From the NCBI GenBank assembly GCA_965208125.1, contig OZ242320.1, positions 1,216,001 through 1,280,000 of the forward strand: DNA of 64,000 nucleotides, written 5' to 3'. The position numbers and the translations under genes are program-made. Below, piece by piece: positions 37,885 through 45,627 of this stretch. The stretch is from Candidatus Latescibacterota bacterium (lineage in GTDB: Bacteria > Latescibacterota > UBA2968). The notes under the pieces were generated by a model that made no database searches, had not been told where the DNA came from, and was given only the letters and a program-made list of their open reading frames with translations. The first letter of the stretch is position 1. The number at the start of each line of letters is the position of its first letter.

Positions 37885-39897
37885 TCAAAACTGCACCGTA
37901 ACTCCTCTGCCTTGAAGGGCTGGAATATGCGTGTTGATTGATGCGTCACTCAGAGGATTATCCCGCACATCAACCCTGTCTCCACTACCCCATCCCGTAT
38001 TTGCTACCAATGGCGAAAGGTCCGTGATTGAGTTATTGCGAAGCCATAATGTTTCTATATTGGTCAAGTTAGACAGCGGCGAAATATCCACGATTGAGTT
38101 ATAGTTAAGAACCAGATATGTCAGATGGGTTAAATCTGACAGTGGTGACACATCCGAGATGGTGTTATTGTTAAGAATCAGACTTGTCAAACTGGTCAAA
38201 CCGGACAGCGGGGACACATCCGAGATGGTATTACTGTTAAGCACCAGACTTGTTAAACTGGTCAAACCGGACAGTCCAGATATGTCCGAGATGCTGTTGC
38301 TGTCAAGACGTAGCCTTGTCAGGCGGGTCAACTCTGACAGTGCTGACACGGCCGAAATGGAGTTGTTGTGAAGAGTCAGATACGTCAGACTGGTCAAGCC
38401 TGACAGTGGTGACACATCCGAGATGCTGTTGCTGGAAAGACTTAGACTGCTCAGACTGGTCAAGCCTGACAGTGGTGAAAGGTCTGTGATCGAGTTGTTG
38501 GAAAGCAATAGCCTTGTCAGAATGATTGCAAACTCCAGACCGGTCAAATCGCTAATGTTCGAGTTCGGTGCATCAAGGCGGGTTAGAGTTGACATATCGC
38601 TTCTGGTGATCGTCTCGCCGCTCGACTTATCCAAAGCGTCCTCAATGGCAACACGCAGATTCGTGTCTGGGATGCTCACAGGCGTTGGGTCGATAACGTT
38701 AAAAACCACCCTAACCCCTCTATCTTGAAGGGCTGGAATGTGTGTGTTGATTGATGTTGTACCCAGAGGATTATCCTTCACATTAACATCGTCACCACTG
38801 CCTAATCCCGTATTTGCCACCAATGGCGCGAGATCGGAGATAGAGTTGTTTTGAAGCCATAGAGTTTGCAGATTGGTCAAGCCTGACAGCGGTGTGAGGT
38901 CAGAAATTGAGTTGTTGATAAGAATCAGCCCTTGCAGATTGGTCAAGTTAGACAGCGGTGAAAGATCCGTAATTGAGTTGTTGACAAGCAACAGCCCTGT
39001 CAGATTGGTCGCAAACTCAAGCCCGGTCAAATCGCTAATATTCGCATTCACTGCGGCAAAGAGGGTTAAGGTTGCCATCTCATCTCTGGAAATCGGAGCA
39101 CCACTCGCCTTGTTCAGACTGTCCTCAACCACAGCGCGCAGATTCATATCTGGAATAGAAACCATCCCTTCATCGCCACCATCAGAAGGAGACACCGTTT
39201 GACCATATTTACCTATAAGAATCCTCAAATCGCCCGCTGCAATCACCCCATCCCTATCCAGATCGTATTTCGCAACATCATCAGCTCGCCGAGACCCATA
39301 CACGCTGATCAGAAGCAGAAGGTCGGATTTACCGACAACACCATCCCCATCAAAATCGGGGGAAGGTGCGACATTAAACCTGATCACCTCTGTTGTTGTA
39401 ATAACATCCTCCACAGGCCTCGCGTTCGTATCTCCAGCAAGCACAATCCTCTTAATGCCAATAGAAAACTCTCGCCCCGTTACATCCACTGCGGTAGTAA
39501 ACTCTGCCCGTGCTAAAAAACCAGACTCAGACAAAGTCGCAGGTGAACTTGCTAATGTTCCCAAGACTGTACCAGTCGCTTCATTTTGAAGTGTAATCAG
39601 AGATGCACTGCTCCTGGCTCCGACATAGGCCAAAACAGACGCATCAAAATCAAATTCAATTCGTACACCAAGCAACGGCGTGGTCACACCTTTTGCGAAA
39701 ACTTCAACCGCGATTTTTGTCCCCTGTCCAGACACTCTACCTGAAGTAACGCCATCATCTCTCTCATTACCTGCCCCTCCATCGGCAATCAAATCAAGCG
39801 ACAAAACCGCATTCGCATTGGGACCAGCAGTCGTTTCTCCTGTACATATCAACAACCCAAAAAGGGTAAAAAACAATAATCCTTTTCTCAAAAACAT
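37885..39897 (-). CDS. Secreted cohesin-like + dockerin + two internalin-type LRR modules
   Basis: Signal peptide; PDFDGDG/YDLDRDG pair; IPD.NLR cap; 22-aa L..L.L..N.ISD.SPLSGLT repeats. Confidence 0.9.
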   Translation of the reverse strand: MFLRKGLLFFTLFGLLICTGETTAGPNANAVLSLDLIADGGAGNERDDGVTSGRVSGQGTKIAVEVFAKGVTTPLLGVRIEFDFDASVLAYVGARSSASLITLQNEATGTVLGTLASSPATLSESGFLARAEFTTAVDVTGREFSIGIKRIVLAGDTNARPVEDVITTTEVIRFNVAPSPDFDGDGVVGKSDLLLLISVYGSRRADDVAKYDLDRDGVIAAGDLRILIGKYGQTVSPSDGGDEGMVSIPDMNLRAVVEDSLNKASGAPISRDEMATLTLFAAVNANISDLTGLEFATNLTGLLLVNNSITDLSPLSNLTNLQGLILINNSISDLTPLSGLTNLQTLWLQNNSISDLAPLVANTGLGSGDDVNVKDNPLGTTSINTHIPALQDRGVRVVFNVIDPTPVSIPDTNLRVAIEDALDKSSGETITRSDMSTLTRLDAPNSNISDLTGLEFAIILTRLLLSNNSITDLSPLSGLTSLSSLSLSSNSISDVSPLSGLTSLTYLTLHNNSISAVSALSELTRLTRLRLDSNSISDISGLSGLTSLTSLVLNSNTISDVSPLSGLTSLTSLILNNNTISDVSPLSDLTHLTYLVLNYNSIVDISPLSNLTNIETLWLRNNSITDLSPLVANTGWGSGDRVDVRDNPLSDASINTHIPALQGRGVTVQF

Positions 39898-39989
39898 TTA
39901 CAACTCTCCTCTCCTATGTAGTGATGTGGTTTACGCAGAACCTGCACCCGTTCTGCTTCTTGCCCTTTCGGGATCCGAACGCCATATAG

Positions 39990-40005
39990 TGCAAAAAGCG
40001 TGCCA
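39990..40005 (-). promoter_or_regulatory. Consensus sigma54 promoter of the LRR gene
   Basis: TGGCACGCTTTTTGCA on the minus strand, about 90 nt upstream of the ATG. Confidence 0.85.
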
Positions 40006-40341
40006 ATATGAGCGTTGTTATAGATCTATATTCGTAAAGCGTTGTTTTACAAAAAGAAAAAGAGCCAATCTAACTATATTATATCGTCGCAGAATAGTCG
40101 GATTGGCTCTTACACAAGACCCTATATCGTCTTAAAAGACGTAATAGGGTCTCAATAGTCCCGAGACCACAGTACATTCTTCATTATCATTTTTCGTTTG
40201 CAAGTGTGAGATGCAATGTATGAATTAGTTTTTTCCCATATCATAAGGTTCTCTATGACCAAACCACTTGATCCCACAGGCATCTAATGGCCGAGCGCAG
40301 GCTTGCATTTTGCGGTGTGTATATGTATCTTTGCACGCGAC

Positions 40342-40477
40342 AAAAACCTTCTGGATCGCGGCTCGACAGCACGCCCGATGACAGGCAAAAACCTCTGGAT
40401 TGCGGCTCGAAACCATGCCGCGATGACAGACGGGACGGCACAGGGGCCGTCCCCTACAACACCATACCGCAATGACA
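40342..40477. repeat. REP-like palindrome cluster
   Basis: Two ctggat(c/t)gcggctc...gatgac units plus gggacggcacaggggccgtcccctac. Confidence 0.8.
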
Positions 40478-40500
40478 ACTAAAACCAAAGGAAAAAAATA

Positions 40501-41697
40501 ATGTTTGAAACACTGACAATGGCACCTGCGGATCCCATTATAGGATTGACCGAAGCATTCAAAAATGACCCAAACCCCGACAAAATAAACCTCGGCGTTG
40601 GCGTGTACAAAGACGGCGACGGCAACACGCCGATATTTGCCTCTGTAAAAACAGCGGAAGAACGCCTTTTAACACACGAAGACACCAAAAATTATCTCGG
40701 CATAGAAGGCGACGAAGCGTATAACAAAGCCGTCCAAGAACTCCTCTGGGGAACAGATCACGAAATACTCACCAGTGGTCGCGCCGGAACAGCCCAGGCA
40801 CCGGGCGGTACTGGCGCATTGCGCATTGCCGGCGACTTTATTCATCAGCACTATCCCCATGCCCGCGTATGGCTGAGCGATCCCACCTGGGCAAACCACC
40901 CCAAAATTTTTGAATCTGCTGGCGTACCCACAGAAACCTACCGCTATTACAACCCCGCGTCTTTTGGCCTAGACTTTGACGCACTTATCCAGGACCTCGG
41001 GCAAATCCCCGCAGGCGATGTCGTCTTGCTACACGGATGTTGCCACAACCCCACCGGCGTCGATCCCTCCGCCGAACAATGGGCGCAAATAGCCGATATC
41101 ATCGCAGATCGCGGCATCATCCCACTCGTAGATTTTGCCTATCAGGGCCTGGGCAACGGCCTCGTCGAAGACGCAGTCGGACTCCTATCTCTCAGCCGGC
41201 CCGGCTGCGAACTCCTCGTCGCCAGTTCCTTCTCCAAAAACTTTGGCCTCTACCGCGAGCGCACGGGCGCATTGACCCTCGTCGGAAAAGACGCCACCGC
41301 CGTTGAAAAAGCGATGAGCCACATCAAAATCTGCATCCGCACAAATTATTCCAACCCGCCATCGCACGGCGCCCAGGCAGTCGCAACGGTTCTCAACGAC
41401 CCCGACTTGCGGGCACAATGGGACGGCGAAGTAAAAGCCATGCGCGACCGCATCAACAACATGCGCACCCTATTTGTGGATACCCTCGAAACAAAAGGCG
41501 TGCGGCGCGACTTTTCGTTTATCGCACACCAGAGGGGAATGTTCTCTTTCTCCGGATTGACTCCCGAGCAAGTAGAAGCATTGCGCGAGAAATTTTCAAT
41601 ATACATCGTCAATTCGGGACGGATTAACGTGGCGGGCATGACAAAGGACAACATCGGGCCATTGTGCGAAGCGATAGCGGAAGTGATGGACGAATAG
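40501..41697 (+). CDS. aspC: Aspartate/aromatic aminotransferase (class I)
   Basis: KINLGVGVY, GGTGAL, HGCCHNPTG, DFAYQG and SFSKNFGLYRER motifs. Confidence 0.95.
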   Translation: MFETLTMAPADPIIGLTEAFKNDPNPDKINLGVGVYKDGDGNTPIFASVKTAEERLLTHEDTKNYLGIEGDEAYNKAVQELLWGTDHEILTSGRAGTAQAPGGTGALRIAGDFIHQHYPHARVWLSDPTWANHPKIFESAGVPTETYRYYNPASFGLDFDALIQDLGQIPAGDVVLLHGCCHNPTGVDPSAEQWAQIADIIADRGIIPLVDFAYQGLGNGLVEDAVGLLSLSRPGCELLVASSFSKNFGLYRERTGALTLVGKDATAVEKAMSHIKICIRTNYSNPPSHGAQAVATVLNDPDLRAQWDGEVKAMRDRINNMRTLFVDTLETKGVRRDFSFIAHQRGMFSFSGLTPEQVEALREKFSIYIVNSGRINVAGMTKDNIGPLCEAIAEVMDE

Positions 41698-41850
41698 ACG
41701 GAGCGGTAACTGGTCGTTTCTCAGGCCAGTTCATCAACGGAGCGGGGTAACGCCAGACTGTACCATCGCTGTTGAGCGATGAAGGTTATACGACGGCGTG
41801 TGTGGGCAATTTAATCCTGTAAAGCGTGCAAAAAATTTCCCTTTTCAGTA

Positions 41851-44313
41851 CTATTGGTTCACAATAATCTGGTTGTGTTCGTTGTCACCAATGACCTCCC
41901 ACGGGGTTGGCGCATCCACTGTGCCTATGATGTTAATCAGCACCTTGCCAGAGGTTTTTACCCGGATTCCGACAGTATTCGCGCGAATAAAACCCGTGAC
42001 AATAATCGTGATGTCGCCAGTCTCACTCTCGGCACTGATGCCGATTCCGTGGCGGTTGCTGGCGATAATGGTGCCGTCGATGACAATCTCTATATCGCCG
42101 CTACCCGCCGGGCGCGAGGGGTCGTAGAGTACATTTTTACTTTCGGCTAAAATCCCGATAGCTCTGGGACCAGACACGACGATATCACCGCTGTTGTCGA
42201 TGACGATATCACCAGCTGAATACACGCGGGTTTCCCCGTCAACGGTGATGTCCCTGCCATACGCTTGGGCATATATCCCGTGAGAGCGGGCTCGGCTCGT
42301 CTCAATGCGACCCGAGTTGGCGATTTCGATCTTGCCGCCGAGGCCGTGATGTGCCCTCAGCCCGCTTGCATCCTCTCCGCGTGTTGTGATCTGACCGGTA
42401 TTCGCCGCGTAGGTCAGCCGAGTTTCTCCGATGGGATCAGGGGGCAACAATCTGAATTTTTCTCGGCTGCGCTGGTCGAGAAGATCGTGGAACGGCGTGA
42501 TATCAAACCCAGGAATCCAGAAGGCGAAAGCCAAAAGGCCCGAAGACCTCAAGCCAGTAGTTGAAACAGTTCCTTCATTGATGCCATAAGCTTGACCAGA
42601 CCTCTTCGCTGCGACCGCAATTCCAGGGCTGCGGCGCCCCGTTGTCTCGATGATGCCGGTGCGGTAGTTTCGCGCGTATGCAGCACCTGCGGCATTGGTT
42701 TTCGGCCGCGTTATGATTTCCTCTTGTATGTGGTGGCAACCCTCATTGTCAAAATAGGCAGCACAGGTCTCGGAATGAATACCATCGCTGAGTCTTCCCC
42801 TTGTCGTTACGCTGCCGGTATTATGCGTCTGCGTTGTGCCCCACAAGGTCTGCGCTGCCACTCCGCGGCTACTAACGCCCTCTACATCGATGGTTCCGTA
42901 GTTGATTGAGCGGGCAAGCTGGCCGCCGGTCTCGACGAATAGGCCATCTTGTCGGCCTTCGTCCCCAGTGATGAGAATACTGCCGCTCGACAGGTTGATG
43001 GACTCGGCAACATGTGTGTCGTCGTGTGGTGCGGCACTCTTGTGGATTTGGCTCGCGATGCCCCGTAGCGTTTTATCCGTCGAGTTATCGATTGTTACCG
43101 TACCGTAATTAGCTGTGTATACATTTCCACTGCCGCGCGAATATGTCCGCAGTCCTATACCCCATTCGAGTATTTGGATCATGCCCTTATTGACCAGCAT
43201 TAAATCGTCGGTATTTCCATACGTTATAATATTTATAGCAAACGCATTGGTCGCGTTGATCCCCGCTGTTTCTGTGAATGTGGCCGCGTATGCCTGCTTT
43301 TTTTCGTCTGAACTGTTGATGAAATTGAGGGCTGAGGTACCGGAGGGAACAGTGATCGTGCCTGCATCGTAATAGACATGGGTGGCGATGTCGGGATCAG
43401 AGGCTGTCGCTGGATTTAGCGGCGTTACCCTGTCGCCTTCGTAGCTATCGGTTATTGGGAGGGTAATTGTGTAATCCCTTACCGGGTATGGCGAAAAAGC
43501 TGGAGAAGGGTTGGACAGCGTGAGATGATCAAAGCGTACATTAACCCCTCTCTCAGATAGGGCGGGAATGTGCGTATTGAGCGACATGGCACTCAGCGGA
43601 TTATTATTCAGTAAAACCCAGTCGTCCTTGTCCAATCCCGTATTAGCTACCAATGGCGCGATATCCGAGATTGTATTGCCACGAAGATATAGATGTGTCA
43701 GGCCGGTCAGGTTGGCAACTGGCGCAATATCCGAGATCGCATTGCCATCGAGATTCAGCCATCTCAGGCTGGTCAACTCATCTATCGGTGCGATGGTAGA
43801 TATGTCGTTGCTGTTTACTTTTCGCCCCTCTATCCAATCATAGCCAAAATTTAGCCGTGTCAGATTCGTTGCATACTCGAGACCTGTCAAATTGCGAATG
43901 GCTTTGTTAGGTGCGTCAAGGCGCGTCAATTTTGACATATCGTCCGGGGTAATAGGTGCATCGCTTGTTTTGCCGAGAATTTTGGCAATGACCGCACGCA
44001 GGTTCTCATCTGGAATGTCAACAGTCGTTGTGCCGCCACTGCCTGACGGCGGAAATGTCTTGCCCCAATTGGAAATAAGGAGCCTTAAGTCCAATTCATC
44101 AACGATCTTATCACTTTTCAGATCAAACTTCGCATCCCAATTTGGTCCACCTGCTCGCGTTCCCCAATTGGAAATAAGGAGCCTTAAGTCCAATTCATCA
44201 ACGATCCCATCGTCGTTAAAGTCAGGAGAAGGCGTAGGGGTCTGAGATGCAAGAGACAGCGGATAGGCCAACACACATAAACAAATCATCAAAAACGCAA
44301 CACGAAACTTCAT
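41851..44313 (-). CDS. Secreted dockerin + LRR + autotransporter-passenger-like beta-helix protein
   Basis: Signal peptide, duplicated IVDELDLRLLISNWG, LRR module, N.G.I.T.G..S.GI.A repeats; no C-terminal beta-barrel. Confidence 0.82.
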   Translation of the reverse strand: MKFRVAFLMICLCVLAYPLSLASQTPTPSPDFNDDGIVDELDLRLLISNWGTRAGGPNWDAKFDLKSDKIVDELDLRLLISNWGKTFPPSGSGGTTTVDIPDENLRAVIAKILGKTSDAPITPDDMSKLTRLDAPNKAIRNLTGLEYATNLTRLNFGYDWIEGRKVNSNDISTIAPIDELTSLRWLNLDGNAISDIAPVANLTGLTHLYLRGNTISDIAPLVANTGLDKDDWVLLNNNPLSAMSLNTHIPALSERGVNVRFDHLTLSNPSPAFSPYPVRDYTITLPITDSYEGDRVTPLNPATASDPDIATHVYYDAGTITVPSGTSALNFINSSDEKKQAYAATFTETAGINATNAFAINIITYGNTDDLMLVNKGMIQILEWGIGLRTYSRGSGNVYTANYGTVTIDNSTDKTLRGIASQIHKSAAPHDDTHVAESINLSSGSILITGDEGRQDGLFVETGGQLARSINYGTIDVEGVSSRGVAAQTLWGTTQTHNTGSVTTRGRLSDGIHSETCAAYFDNEGCHHIQEEIITRPKTNAAGAAYARNYRTGIIETTGRRSPGIAVAAKRSGQAYGINEGTVSTTGLRSSGLLAFAFWIPGFDITPFHDLLDQRSREKFRLLPPDPIGETRLTYAANTGQITTRGEDASGLRAHHGLGGKIEIANSGRIETSRARSHGIYAQAYGRDITVDGETRVYSAGDIVIDNSGDIVVSGPRAIGILAESKNVLYDPSRPAGSGDIEIVIDGTIIASNRHGIGISAESETGDITIIVTGFIRANTVGIRVKTSGKVLINIIGTVDAPTPWEVIGDNEHNQIIVNQ
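44063..44206. repeat. Perfect 45-bp direct repeat (99-bp period) forming the two dockerin halves
   Basis: ccccaattggaaataaggagccttaagtccaattcatcaacgatc at 44063 and 44162. Confidence 0.9.
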
Positions 44314-44361
44314 GATCGCCCCTCCCTTTCTCGTCGCATTCCTCAACCGGAAAAATGCAAC

Positions 44362-44522
44362 TTGATTTTGTGGTGGTGGAACTTTACATTGTGCATAGAG
44401 CGGGTTGCGGTTTGCAAGACCGTTCCCCTCTCTGTATGTTGCGGCAGAAGGCCACAGGTGGCCAAACCGAGCGGCCTTCTGTCATTCCCGCAAACATAAC
44501 ACACGTTTGCAGGTTTTTATTT
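44362..44522 (+). ncRNA. Structured element B, copy 3
   Basis: TTGATT-N17-TACATT; same hairpins; gcaaac...gtttgc followed by a T-tract. Confidence 0.62.
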
Positions 44523-44580
44523 ACGACAATCGTTCTGTCAGGACTTTCTCATCTTCTCGATTTACAGTCTGGAATCAGAC

Positions 44581-44814
44581 AAAAAAACACCGAATGCCAT
44601 ATCACCTATGACATCCGGTTTCTCTATTGAATATGCCGATTAAATGCCACAGGCTACCTTCTTAATCTATAGCCTAGATTAAGTTCGGTTCCTTTAGTCC
44701 CCGAAGCCATAGCATTTAACCGGCTGGAAGTTGCACAGTATATCCGGCTCCCTCCAGCCGGTAGGCTATATTTAAGAAGGCACCTTATGATAAACATTAA
44801 TAAACTTTACGCAA
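44581..44814 (-). ncRNA. Structured element A, copy 2, ending in an intrinsic terminator
   Basis: TTGCGT-N16-TATCAT; compensatory changes relative to copy 1; hairpin followed by GTTTTTTT. Confidence 0.62.
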
Positions 44815-44847
44815 TAAAAAACGCATAAGCCTTTCCAAGGAGAAATC

Positions 44848-45621
44848 ATGACACTCAAAGACCGCGTGGCAATCGTCACTGGCGCAAGCTCTGGCATAGG
44901 GCGGGGCATAGCACTGGCACTGGCACGGGAAGGCGCGTGTGTAGCCGTGGCCGATATACAGGAAGCACCCAAACAGGGCATATATCACGACACCGACTTA
45001 ACCACTTCTACGGTAGAGGAAATAGAAAAACGCGGTAGAAAAGGAATCTTTGTACAGACCGACGTATCGGATGACGAAGCGGTACGCAACCTGATCGAAC
45101 GGACAGTCTCCGAATTTGGCAAACTGGACATCCTGGTAAACAACGCCGGCATCACAATACCCGGCGGCATTGAAGAAACAACCATCGCCGACTACGACAC
45201 CGTAATGGGCGTAAACCTCCGGGCACTATATGTAGCCAGCAAACTCGCCATGCCACACCTGAAAAAACCCTCCGGCAGAATCATCCACATCGCATCTGTA
45301 CAATCATTTGGCGGGGGTGGTGGACCTGCGTATGCCGCATCAAAAGCCGGCGTCGTCAACCTCACGCGAGACACCGCCCTGGAACTGGCCCCCTTTGGCG
45401 CAACCGTCAATGCAATATGCCCGGGCTACATCGAAACGCCCATACAGGACTATCTCACACCGCAGGACATTGAAGACTGCCGGGTAAAAACCCCCCTGCC
45501 GCGCCTGGGCTTGCCATCGGACATCGGCAACGCCGCGGTATTCTTCGCATCAGACGCCGCCGCCTGGATCACTGGCACAGCCCTACCTGTAGATGGCGGA
45601 TGGATGGCGTCTATTTTTTAA
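44848..45621 (+). CDS. SDR family NAD(P)-dependent oxidoreductase
   Basis: TGASSGIG, NNAG and YAASK motifs. Confidence 0.95.
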   Translation: MTLKDRVAIVTGASSGIGRGIALALAREGACVAVADIQEAPKQGIYHDTDLTTSTVEEIEKRGRKGIFVQTDVSDDEAVRNLIERTVSEFGKLDILVNNAGITIPGGIEETTIADYDTVMGVNLRALYVASKLAMPHLKKPSGRIIHIASVQSFGGGGGPAYAASKAGVVNLTRDTALELAPFGATVNAICPGYIETPIQDYLTPQDIEDCRVKTPLPRLGLPSDIGNAAVFFASDAAAWITGTALPVDGGWMASIF

Positions 45622-45627
45622 TTCGCA

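Noticed and set aside
40225-40488. Small ORFs upstream of aspC
   Set aside because: They consist of REP sequence and show no coding signal.
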